DNA of 64,000 nucleotides from Macrostomum hystrix. Taxonomy: Eukaryota; Animalia; Platyhelminthes. The notes under the pieces were generated by a model. That model was given only the letters and a program-made list of their open reading frames with translations. It did not search any database and was not told the origin of the DNA. The stretch covers positions 32,364,001 through 32,428,000 of the forward strand of contig CATNEN010000038.1 in NCBI GenBank assembly GCA_950097015.1, given 5' to 3'. This document shows positions 12,601 to 23,200 of this stretch, in pieces (positions within the stretch are counted from its first letter, which is position 1; each line of letters begins with the position of its first letter). Made by a program: the position numbers and the translations under genes.

Positions 12601-15600
12601 TTAAGATCGGTCTAAAAAAGTAATTCTGCACTTATTTTAGCTCGTAATAACCTGGGGATAAATAGTAAAACGTGTACCTGAGATTACAATAGTTTTTTTC
12701 GAATCCGGATTCTTTAATACGAGTACCATTCTAAACCAAATCTGTCAGATTATTCCTCGCTCCGTGGTGCTAGCCACAATGCCCAGCGGTGTCTACCTAT
12801 TCGTTGGCATCGGCGATGGCACCATGGTGTACTTCTCCGTCATGCCCGGTCCGTCGCTAGTCAGCCGTAAGCATGTCATTATTGGCACACAGCCAATGGG
12901 CCTGCGCTGGCTGCCGTCTCAGAGCTTGTTTATCTGCACTGACCGACCCGCCATCGCTCACTGCGTGTCTGGCAAACTGGTGAGTATGAGCTGATTTATG
13001 AGCAGTTCGTGTGCTTAGTGGACTTAAAGATCTGAGCAGGTTTTGTGCATTGTAGATTCAAAGATCTGAATAGTTAGCTTTGTAGACTCAAAGATCTGAG
13101 CAGTTTGCTTTGTAGACTCAAAGATCTGAGCAGTTTGCTTTGTAGACTCAAAGATCTGAATAGTTAGCTTTGTAGACTCAAAGATCTGAATAGTTAGCTT
13201 TGTAGACTCAAAGAGCTGAGCAGTTTTTGTGTTTTGCAGACTCAGGTCTGAGCAGTTTGCTTAGTAGACTCAAAGGTCTGAGCAGTTTATATGCTTTGTA
13301 GACTCAAAGATCTGAATAGTTAGCTTTGTAGACTCAAAGAGCTGAGCAGTTTTTGTGTTTTGCAGACTCAGGTCTGAGCAGTTTGCTTAGTAGACTCAAA
13401 GGTCTGAGCAGTTTATATGCTTTGTGGACTCAAAGAACATTGGGGTTGTCTCTATGCCTCGCCTGCAGGTAATTTCCCACGTGAACACTAGACAAGTGAA
13501 TTACGCCTGTCCTATACTGATATCTAACGAGCAACAGCAGCAGCAGCAGTCGCCGCAATGCGTCTCCCTGGTAACCAACAGCCAGCTTCTATTCGGTACC
13601 ATAGACGATATGCAGAAGCTGCACATTCGCTCTGTGCCATTGGGCGAATCCGCTCGCAAAGTGGCCCACCAGCCAGAGTCTGGAACCCTGGCTGTGCTCA
13701 CCTCTCGGGTTGATCTGCGTCACGAAGGCGGCTACGCGCCAGCCAGAGCTTCCGTGTCTGTCACAGCTCCGCATCAGCTGACACCGGATGGCACGGCTGC
13801 TCTAGGCGGCAAGCGCATTCATCTACCTGTTCATCATTCGTCTGGACTAATTGGCGGCGCAGCGTCTGTGGCTTCGGCGGCCGCCTCGTCCGGCGTTGGC
13901 GTCGGCGGCGGGCCAGTTGAAGTTGACGAAGAACTAGAAGTTAGCTCGCTAGTACTGTTCGAGCAGAACTCAATGCAGACTCTGTGCTCAATGCACTTTC
14001 CATCCAATCCTAGCTGCGTTGAGACTGCCACTAGCATTGTATCCGGTCAATTTGGTACCGACTGCTCCACCTACTACATTGTTGGCACTAGTTATATTAA
14101 ACCTAACGAGTCAGAGCCCACTAGCGGTCGGCTGCTGGTGCTGCAGCACACCGCTGATACACCGCACCTCACCAAGGTATGATTCACACTCGCGACTGAT
14201 TGGCTGTGATCTATAGTCACCTGATAAAGTATGATCTACAGGCATCTAATTGAGTATGATCTACAGGCATCTATTAGAGTATGATCTACAGGCATTTGAT
14301 AGAGTATGATCTACAGGCATCTGATAGAGTATGATCTACAGGCATCTGATAGAGTATGATCTACAGGCATTTGATAGAGTATGATCTACAGGCATCTGAT
14401 AGAGTATGATCTACAGGCATCTGATAGAGTATGATCTACAGGCATTTGATAGAGTATGATCTACAGGCATCTGATAGAGTATGATCTACAGGCATCTGAT
14501 AGAGTATGATTTACAGGCATCTGATAGAGTATGATTTACAGGCATCTAATTGAGTATGATCTACAGGCATCTGATAGAGTATGATCTACAGGCATGCTGT
14601 CGATTCTCATCGACAACTAATCGATCTCAAAATCCCATTGGCTGTCAATTGCAGATAGCCGAGAAGGATATTCGCGGTGCCCCCTATTCAATGTGCTGCT
14701 TCAACCAGCGACTGCTAGTGTGCGTGAATAGCTCTGTTAGGCTATTCGAATGGAGCGAATCTGAGCGCGAGCTGCGCCTAGAGGCCTCCCACTTTAACAA
14801 CATCATCGCCCTGTACCTAAAGACCAAGAACGACTTCGCCCTAGTTGGCGACCTACTCCGCAGTATGTCGCTACTGTTGTACAAACCTGTTGAGACCAGT
14901 CTAGAGGAGATTGCTCGAGATCACGCGCCTAATTGGATGTTTGCAGTTGAGATTATCGATGATGACGCTTTTCTGGGCGCCGAAAATTGGGGCAATTTGT
15001 TCGTGTGCTCACGTGAGGCCGAGAACTCGGGCGGCGAGGAGCGACCCAGGCTGCAGGTGACACAGAATTATTGTTTTGTTTAGGTCCAGAGTTCGTTTCC
15101 ACACACCTAAAGTCCAAAAATTCTAAGAATTCTAAGAAATACATTGTTTAACTGCACTACTTATATCGGTAGTGTACGAATATTATTTTATTTTTTAAAC
15201 TTAAGAGGAGGTTTTAGCCTTGTGGTTAGAGTGTCAGACTCGCGACTTGATCGTCGGGGGTTCGATTCCTGACTCCACTAAGACAATGTGTGTCCTCTAG
15301 CAAGACACTTAACTCTGCATTGCTTCAGTTCACCCAGCTGTTAAATGGGTACCAGCATTAGCTGGTGGTAATTAAGGGTAGGTGTAGCGTACCCCCGGTC
15401 CATGGACTGAACAGCCGTACGCGGCCTTCATTTGCGCCGCGCGATAACTGCGGCTGTGCTGTCGGCTGCACATTATTATTATTAAACTTAACTTAGAGTT
15501 ACTTATAGTCTATGGACTTTAGAGGCCGCCTCACCCACCCTAATTCCTACCTTAGCTCATGCTGGTAACTAATTTACAGTTGCGTGAGCCGAAGCAAAAA

Positions 15601-17196
15601 TAGAATTAGACTAGAATTCGAACTCTCGACCTTCTGGACATTTCCCCGAATCCTATGATGCTTGTAAGGGCCTAAAAAGGGCCGTTGTATTTGGTCACCA
15701 TTAGCTCCATTCTCTCCTATGCTTTGCAACAAAAACACAGGAGAACGCCTGGTTTCACCTGGGAGACACTGTGAATGTGTTCCAGCACGGCTCCCTAGTG
15801 ATGAGCCAACTGGGCGAACGGCTGGTCACTGTGAACACGCCAATTCTGTTTGCCACCCAGACTGGCGCCATCGGCCTTCTCTGTCAGCTGCCGCCGCCGT
15901 TGTTCGAATTCTTGGCCGAATTGCAGCGCAGATTGGCCAGTTTAATAGTTGGCGTTGGCGGTATTGAGCACGCCAAATATCGCGCCTTCGAGAATGAGCA
16001 CAGGACTGAGCCGGCTAAGGATTTTATCGACGGCGACCTGTTGGAATCGGCGCTTGATTTAGGCCGCGACAAACTGGAGACTGTGACCCTGGGACTCACT
16101 AGAAAGGTGATTCATTGTGATGATTATGATGATGATTGATCATGGTGATGATTGATTTACTAAGAGACACTAGAAAGTGTCTCACGGTGTGAGATACTAG
16201 AAAGATAAGAAAGGTGAGACATGAGATATGGGGTGAGATACTAGAGAGATAAGACAGGCGAGAGATAAGATACGGGGTGAGATACTTGAGAGATAAGACA
16301 GGCGAGAGATGAGATACGGTGTGCGATACTAGAGAGATAAGACCGGCGAGAGATGAGACGCTGGAGAGATGAGATACGGGGTGAGGTACTAGAGAGATAA
16401 GACCGGCGAGAGATGATATACGGGGTGAGATACTAGAAAGATAAGACAGGCAAGAGTTGAGATACGGTGTGAGATACTAGAGAGAAAAGACAGGCGAGAG
16501 ATGAGATACGGTGTGAGATACTTGAGAGATAAGACAGGTGAGAGAGGAGACTTTGTATGAGAGTGAGACACTGCAGAGATGAGACAGCCGAGTGATGAGA
16601 TACGGGGTGAGATACTAGAGAGATAAGACAGGCGAGCGATAAGATACGGGATGAGATTCTAGAGAGATAAGACAGGTGAGAGAGGAGACTTTGTATGAGA
16701 GTGAGACACTGCAGAGATGAGACAGCCGAGTGATGAGATACGGGGTGAGATACTAGAGAGATAAGACAGGCGAGCGATAAGATACGGGATGAGATTCTAG
16801 AGAGATAAGACAGGTGAGAGAGGAGACTTTGTATGAGAGTGAGACACTGCAGAGATGAGACAGGGGAGAGATGAGATACGGGATGAGATTCTAGAGAGAT
16901 AAGACAGGTGAGAGAGGAGACTTTGTATGAGAGTGAGACACTGCAGAGATGAGACAGGGGAGAAATTAAACATAGGAGCGAGAGAGTAGGCGCGGGGTTG
17001 AGAGTAAGACACCTGTGAGACTGGACACGGAAATGGGTGAGATTAGCAGAGAGATTTCGAAGGGGTTCATAATGTTAAATAGTTCCCAACGCTGCAAATA
17101 TTTCAGTCCGACTTCAGCAGCTCAGTGTCGGACAATGTGCCCTGCTCAGCCGACGACCTAGTCCGCATCCTAGAAGAGTTGTCCCGCCTGCACTGA
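6626..17196 (+). CDS. DDB1: DNA damage-binding protein 1 (CRL4 adaptor); exon 1 (~20 codons) not found in window, presumed upstream
   Basis: GT-AG exons: 6626-6774, 6857-7396, 7780-8019, 10947-11468, 11824-12171, 12749-12979, 13469-14176, 14655-15056, 15741-16106, 17107-17196 (stop). Frame is preserved throughout. Hallmark peptides: [79 protein letters not shown]. Confidence 0.97.
8680..10460 (+). mobile_element. Full-length mariner (Tc1/mariner, DD34D) transposon with ~200-bp TIRs
   Basis: TA target duplication at 8678-8679 and 10461-10462. TIRs ~8680-8882 and ~10258-10460 begin cgagggctgtcccaaaagta and differ at about five positions by eye. Confidence 0.95.
9104..10186 (+). CDS. Mariner transposase, intact 360 aa
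   Basis: Paired HTH N-terminus, WIPRLL linker, [14 protein letters not shown] and [10 protein letters not shown]; 34 residues separate the second and third Asp. First ATG at 9104. Confidence 0.95.
   Translation: MDVHSSFAQRSVIYTLWKTGHSAAEIHAQLLSAHGSCAVSKMTIYRWIEQFRAGRTDLADQLRTGRPHVRDSDVLADAILDLLDEDARMTIREIADRLNTPRSTVHRSLTSMDYVKLSARWIPRLLTPDLKEQRQRVCQENLELVRQHGGWETFRQIVVTGDETWVPHFDPPTKQESKVWTIRSSDPPVKARREPHCKKVLLTLFFDRNGPLTIEFLEPGKSINAECYIASLEKLKFEIWNKRRVGIKPFLLHHDNARPHTAQKTSEAVSRLKFNILPHPPYSPDLAPADFALFPLMKSHLRGKVHENRDNLQQAVRNVLLHKIPRESYANAIEGLFSRWQKCLQLGGDYVEKSSIPTDE
12205..12510 (+). mobile_element. SINE family A (tRNA head + CORE-like domain + (att)n tail)
   Basis: B-box ggttcgattcc, central tgcttcagttca...ctgtt..tgggtaccagcat, att-repeat tail; matches other copies. 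Confidence 0.85.
13025..13435. repeat. ~30-bp minisatellite (tgtagactcaaagatctgagcagtttgctt)n in DDB1 intron
   Basis: Direct tandem copies visible. Confidence 0.9.
14205..14596. repeat. 25-bp minisatellite (agagtatgatctacaggcatctgat)n in DDB1 intron
   Basis: Period 25 measured between 14351 and 14376. Confidence 0.95.
15208..15483 (+). mobile_element. SINE family A copy
   Basis: tagccttgtggtt A-box-like, ggttcgattcc B-box, CORE-like tgtgtcctctagcaagacacttaac, att tail. Confidence 0.85.
16165..16960. repeat. GA-rich compound minisatellite (~44-bp subunits) in the last DDB1 intron
   Basis: Repeated gagatactagagagataagacaggcgagagatgagatacggggt variants with higher-order blocks. Confidence 0.9.
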
Positions 17197-18002
17197 ACTC
17201 TATTCTACAACATCCCGGATGATAGCAGCACTATTTTGTTACTTTAACATACTTTGTTCATCTTTATAATAATGACTATTATTATACTACTAAAAGTACT
17301 ATATCGCTTTAAAATCAGCTACCTAAACTCATAGGTTATTTTTTGTATTTTTAAGGTTAAAATTTTTCAAAAAAGCATCTGGGAAATCTTATTTACAATA
17401 AACTGTAGCATTCTGCTAAATTTTTGTATAATGCAATTTTGCCATTTGTAATTCTATTTAGTATTGTCCCTCAATTACAATCGCAGTGACAAGTGCTTGA
17501 CCGTCTATATTTAGTTTTAAATGGTTTCTATTTTTCCTGTTCATTGTCTTTAGACAGGTGGGTTCACCCAGCTGTTTAGTTTATTGGTTCAGCAGATGCA
17601 CACATTTGCTACTTTAAGTATAATGTTATTCTTTTTAAGGAGTTGTCTAGAAGTTTACAACTTTGCAATGTAATTTAATGTGGCTGCTTGATTTATGTAA
17701 GAAAAAGTTGTAGAATACGAATAATATTAAGCTAGTTAGTGAAGTTGAAATTCTCTATAAGATCATTGCAACAATAATATATATGTTGACCTTGCTTATT
17801 TTGCACGATTAGTGAAATCGCCTTTGGCTCAATCCTATTCCGTGTTTTTTGTTTTTCTTTTTTTTGTCTAATACGTCAACCTTGATAAGTAAACAGATTT
17901 TATTTTCTTGTAACTTCCGATTTTATAGCTGGAGAACTGACAACAATGTTGAAGACTGTTTGATGACAGCTAGTTCGCAATGAAATATTTTATATATTTA
18001 AA

Positions 18003-18275
18003 TCTGTCCGTTCTTACTGTCTGCCTGTTCTGGGCGTCTGTCTGTTCTGATTGGCTGACTGTTCTGGGTGTCTGTCTGTTCTGATTGGCTGACTGTTCTG
18101 GGTGTCTGTCTGTTCTGATTGTCTGACTGTTCTGATTGGCTGACTGTTCTGATTGTCTGACTGTTCTGATTGGCTGACTGTTCTGGGTGTCTGTCTGTTC
18201 TGATTGGCTGACTGTTCTGGGCGTCTGTCTGTTCTGGGTGTCTGTCTGTTTGGATTGGCTGACTGTTCTGGGTGT
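18003..18275. repeat. 17-bp subunit minisatellite (ctgttctgattggctga / ctgttctgggtgtctgt) between DDB1 and RNPC3
   Basis: Direct tandem copies. Confidence 0.9.
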
Positions 18276-18446
18276 CGGTGTGTACTTTGTATGATATACT
18301 ATTAGCAGCTAAGCGCTCCATTTAGACATGGCCATTCAGAACCAATGTTTTTATTCCTAAAAGGCTTGTAAAAAAACTAGAAAGACTTTGACCGCTGTCA
18401 GTCTCACCATGCTGTTGTTTCAACTCCAGCCGATCGCTCTACCGCC

Positions 18447-19997
18447 ATGCTGCATCCGCCTTGGCAGCGGCCACCACCACCTCCACCACAGCCTCCGCCT
18501 CATCTGCATTCTCTTTATCATCATCAGCAGCAGCTGCAGCCGCTTCCACAGCAGCCACTAGCCAGCCCAGCCCTCAGCCAGTCAGTTGACGAAGATCCAT
18601 CAGTGTCCGATGCCCGCATTCTCCGCATTCGTCGCTGGCCAGCCCAGCTGGTGTCCTGGGACCAGACGCGTCGACTATTCGTTGCCGGCTTCGGCGCTGT
18701 CGCCGTCTCGCCGGATCCTCGCCGTATCGGCTGCTTCTACGCCACATTCGACGCAGCGGCAAAAGCGAAGGCGACTTTGAAATGTCTTCACGAGGAGGTC
18801 ATCAGCGGGCGTCGAGTTTGCGTCGAATACGCCCGCCGCTGCCAAGCCGCTGAGTGGGTCGACTGGGGCGGCGAGGCCAACGTAGAGGAGCGAGCTGCCC
18901 TGGCCGAGGCCGTCTGGTTGCTGAAAAATCATGCCGAGTTTCGAAGGCGAGTTCTCCGACTGCTGCATTGTCGGGAGCAGCCAAGTCCAGAGACAGCGAC
19001 GGTGGCTGCCGCACCAGCCACTGCTGCTGCTGCTGCTGCCGCTTCAACTTTGTCTGTGGACAAAGCAACAGCTACGGACTTTGAAGAAAATTTTTACGAA
19101 GCCCATGATAATATCCGGCCGGAGATTGAATCGCAAATTCAGGAACAAACTGACGAGGAAATGCAGTCGGAGTGTCCGTCCTTTATATCCTTCGCTACCA
19201 ACGCTAAGCTGCCGAAACGGCTGCAGGCTGCAAGTTACCGTCGCCACATACTGCCAAAGCCGCGACCAGCTCAAACAAAGTCGCTTGCTGCTGGTGTCGT
19301 TTCGTCGACGTTGACGGAGCTTCAACCCGCAGCTTTCCGGCCGACATGTCCTCCGCTTCGCTTACCGACTCGATTGTCGCTTCCAGTGCCCGCCCGACAA
19401 CTGGGAGCAACGCCGCTAACTGCCGGGTTTGGTCGATTTCCGCCGCCGGCCGCTCCCTTTCCTCCGTCCGCCCCCCATTCCGCTCCCTTTCCCCCATCCG
19501 CCCCCAATTCCGCTCCCTTTCCTCCGTCCGCCCCCAATTCCGCTCCCTTACCCTCGTCCGCCCCCAATTCCGCTCCCTTTCCTCCGTCCGCCCCCAATTC
19601 CGCTCCCTTTCATCCATCTGCGCACAATTCCGCAACATTTACCCCGTCCGCCCCTTGTCCGCCGGTCCGGCCGCTGGTTCGCATCGGCGAGCGCGAGCGC
19701 GCTGAGCTGGCCGCCTTTCGCGGCTACACGCCTGGTCAACCAACCAACAGACTGTACGTTAAGAATTTGGCCAGAGCGGCCTCTCAAACTGAGCTCGAGT
19801 CGGTTTTCCTGCCCCATCTGGCTCAGCGAGTCCAGCTGCTCACTTCCGGCCGGATGCGCTGCCAAGCATTCGTCACCTTCAACAGCGTCCAGGACGCGTC
19901 GGCCGCTTTGGAGGCTCTGAACGGCTGCCTGTTGCACGACAAGCCGATGGTTGTTGCCTTTGCCCAGGCCCGTGAGAAGGACAACGAAGGCGACTGA
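18447..19997 (+). CDS. RNPC3: RNA-binding region-containing protein 3 (U11/U12 snRNP 65K), intronless, 516 aa
   Basis: N-terminal RRM (FGAVAV..FYATF..LHEEVISGRRVCVEYA) and C-terminal RRM (FRGYTPGQPTNRLYVKNLA..GRMRCQAFVTF..NGCLLHDKPMVVAFA) both resemble 65K. Pro-rich linker with GFG motif; gccATG context. Two RRMs favour RNPC3 over RBM41. Confidence 0.85.
   Translation: MLHPPWQRPPPPPPQPPPHLHSLYHHQQQLQPLPQQPLASPALSQSVDEDPSVSDARILRIRRWPAQLVSWDQTRRLFVAGFGAVAVSPDPRRIGCFYATFDAAAKAKATLKCLHEEVISGRRVCVEYARRCQAAEWVDWGGEANVEERAALAEAVWLLKNHAEFRRRVLRLLHCREQPSPETATVAAAPATAAAAAAASTLSVDKATATDFEENFYEAHDNIRPEIESQIQEQTDEEMQSECPSFISFATNAKLPKRLQAASYRRHILPKPRPAQTKSLAAGVVSSTLTELQPAAFRPTCPPLRLPTRLSLPVPARQLGATPLTAGFGRFPPPAAPFPPSAPHSAPFPPSAPNSAPFPPSAPNSAPLPSSAPNSAPFPPSAPNSAPFHPSAHNSATFTPSAPCPPVRPLVRIGERERAELAAFRGYTPGQPTNRLYVKNLARAASQTELESVFLPHLAQRVQLLTSGRMRCQAFVTFNSVQDASAALEALNGCLLHDKPMVVAFAQAREKDNEGD
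19445..19655 (+). repeat. Coding 30-bp tandem repeat (PFPPSAPNSA)n within RNPC3
   Basis: About six to seven copies of ccgctccctttcctccgtccgcccccaatt, in frame. Confidence 0.9.
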
Positions 19998-20245
19998 AGA
20001 TTCACTTTTTTACTCTACTATGACAATATAAAATCCTAGTTTTTTAATAGCATTTTTAATACAACAATTTCATACACTTTTTTCGTTAACTAAGACACAA
20101 AGTTACTCGTAAACTAAATTTTTCTTACTTCTTTAAGAAAAACACGTTTATTTCTACTCAGAAAGTAGACAGCTTCGTAAAGTTTACTCGAAATAGTCGA
20201 AGAGAAAAAGCGAATAACCACTGTCTATGCTCTTGGATGAGCTAG

Positions 20246-23200
20246 CTACATGATGATAGCCTTGAAGCTTCGATCCATAGTCTTAGTCGTAATCGATGGG
20301 CCGACGATGGGCGTCGAAGCTGCGCCGCCAAACACCCTCAGCCGCTGCTGGCGCTCCAGCTGGAGCAGCCGTTGACTGCGTCGGCGATTTCTGCGCTGGA
20401 CAGCCGCTGAGCACAGAGACTCGGCTAGGGCGGCGGCCAGCGCCGCGCCCAGCCCGGCAATCAAGATGTAGAACACCCCGGCCACGTTGATGACCGCCAG
20501 CGGCGACTGGTTGCCATCGCCGGCTCCTGTAGCTCCGCCGGTGCCAGCGCTGCCGCCGCCGGAATCTTCGCTGGCGCATTGGCCCTATTCGGAGTGGAAA
20601 TTTGGGAGCTCGATTCCGCTGCGAGGCCGCATTCTCGATAATGCTTTCGGGCTTGTAGTGCAATTTACGCTCTCGTGAAATTTTTGTATTTGCGCTCCGG
20701 GCCAAAGGCTAAACTCCAAGGCGCAGTGAAAGTGTGCACTGCCTGACAATGAGAAAATCAGGGCAGACGTACAAACCTTAGTCAGGGGCGTAGCCAGGGG
20801 TCGGGGTGCCGCGCCTCTTCTTGTGGCGGTCCCCTAGTAGTGTGGCGCCACCGGGGTCGGTAGTTGTGCCATTGTGGTAGGTACTGGCGCCCCTGGAGCG
20901 CTAACAACAAACCTTTTCAATCCACCACTTCTTGTACAGTTCGGCCAGCACCTGCTGCTCCCTCAGCTGCAGGATGGCATCGTTGAGCAGCTCCCTCAGG
21001 GGTGAGCCCCTCTGGGTGGCGATGCCGTAGCCATTGTCTCCGAACGGCTGCCCCACCATCATGGTGTCGCAGGGGTCCCGATTGTTGTGAAACTCATTCA
21101 TCTTCGATTCCAATAGGAAGGCGTAGCCGCCGTTGGATTCGCGGACTCGCTGGACACCGGCTGCCGTGGTGTTGGCGTACACCTGCGCGAGTTGGGGTGG
21201 CACACTTCATGCTCAGGGTGATACGGAATAGAGATTGACTGGGTGAGTGGCAGAGGGGTTGCCACTCCTGAGGTCCCTGAGTACACAGCTGCCTGACATT
21301 GAGTGTGCCTACGTGTCTCAAGGAGTCAACGGAATGGACAGAATTATGTACTGCTGCCCACAGCCCTGCTGCAGATTTTACACTTGTTATAATGGGATAA
21401 TAATAGTAATATTACTTACAGGAGGGCTGCAGGCAACGACACATCATTCGGTAACAGTGGACGTGCAGCCAGCGAGGAGGCAACTCTGCCCATTCTTCCG
21501 CTGACTGACTTCTGAGCACACAAGCACAGAGATACCGTAAGCAGGCACACAAAGTTCTCATCGTCAAGCAGTGTACACTCTCACTGTGTCTCGCAGGTTG
21601 GCCCTCATGGCCGTGAATTGCAGGACAAGCCCCCAAGCCTTCTCTCCGCGGCTGTGCCCCCTAACAAATATGGCCTCGTCGCGGAATCGAGCTCAGGGAC
21701 CTTGGTGCGAGAGGCAACCGCTCTTATGATGGCATAGAATATATACTCGTACATTTAGCAACTAATCGCACCTTGTCGACATTGCTGCGCATAATGGCCC
21801 CAATGCCGCTGTAGGGCCAGATCTTGGTGCTGAGAAAGAATGCCTGAGTTGATCCGGACGCGATAGTGCCAAACAGCATGCCGGTCTTGTCGTGGGCGCT
21901 CAGCAGATCGTGCCAGCTGTCGACAGGGGTGCGCAGCAGCTCCACGGTTAGCGAGGCGGCCAGGATTGCGGTGTAGTAGGCTATCATTATGAGGGTGAAG
22001 AACCACCAGACGCTGGTAACAACGCGCGCCCCGAAGCTTCTTGGCGCCAGATCGACGCCCTGGTTGAGGATAGCTGCCAGGGCGAACCACAGCGAGTTGA
22101 ACATGGAGAAATCGCGTCTCCGCTTGCGCAACAGCTGCAGATTCTGCTGCTGCTCGTCCTCCGGCGCTGCGACGGCCGTCTCCTCCGCCGCGTCCGTGAT
22201 GCGCCATTCCATGGGGCTTAGCCGCGCGCACAGGTATAGTCCGGCGATGACACCGGCGCCTCCAGTTAGCATGTAGGGCCACATCTGCGAATGAGGTCAA
22301 ACATCAACATTGATAGGGTGACGAAGGATCTTTGCAAGGTGGCTCCTGTCCAAATCAACTCATTACCTGCGAGAGCGGCTGCAGAAATCCGAAATTTCCC
22401 GGCTTCTCCTTTCTCGGCTTCTTGATCATGATAGAGATGCCGAACGTCAAGAAAGGCTCCGTGAAGTCTACCACCTTGGACCGCTCGGTGTTGATGGTTA
22501 GTGGGGCCAGAGCTACATCCGCGGTGTCGCGCAGCAGCTCGCCAATCATCCCGTTCCACTTGTCGGCTTCGGGTGCGTCAGCGGACGCGCTGGCATTCTT
22601 GCCGCCGTACTGGCCGTCGCGTACCAGGTGAACGGTGTAGCGCAGACCGCCGACTCGCTCGGAGATTTTCTCCAGCAGTTCAACGCAGAAGCCTTCAAAA
22701 GGCAGCGGACCGCTGTGACCGACCGAGCCTGAAACTTCTGTGTCATTGCCTGCCGGCTGGTCGTCATTCTCGATATGATCGGCGGACACAGTCCTGGGCT
22801 GCACAAACGGCTTAGACTCGATGGTGACCACGCGAATCAGGCTCGGCCACCTGAGCGGCTTGTTCAGCGTCGCCGTGCGGTTTCGCTGTTTGACCCCGAC
22901 GGACCCGGCTGGGAATCCGCCCGAGGAGGCGATCGCCGCCGCCCTCGCGGGCAGCCGCGTCGGAGTCGTGTCGGACCGCCACTCGGCCAGGTGCTGGAAT
23001 CCTTCAGGCCCCGTCAGCTGCAGCACCTGAGCGGAGATGTTTGCCCGCTCGCCACTGTCAGGTCGAAACGCAAGTCGGCCCGTGTAGCCGTGGAAGTCTA
23101 GGCTGTGAGCCAGATGGCGGCGAAGCCACCTTCTGACAGTCGGAATGTCAGCTTCGATGCCCGAAGATTCACCGGATTGTTGTTGAATAGCTTCAACGGA

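Noticed and set aside
20783-20895. hAT-like MITE (caggggcg...cgcccctg)
   Set aside because: Only 8-bp inverted ends and no TSD, which is insufficient.
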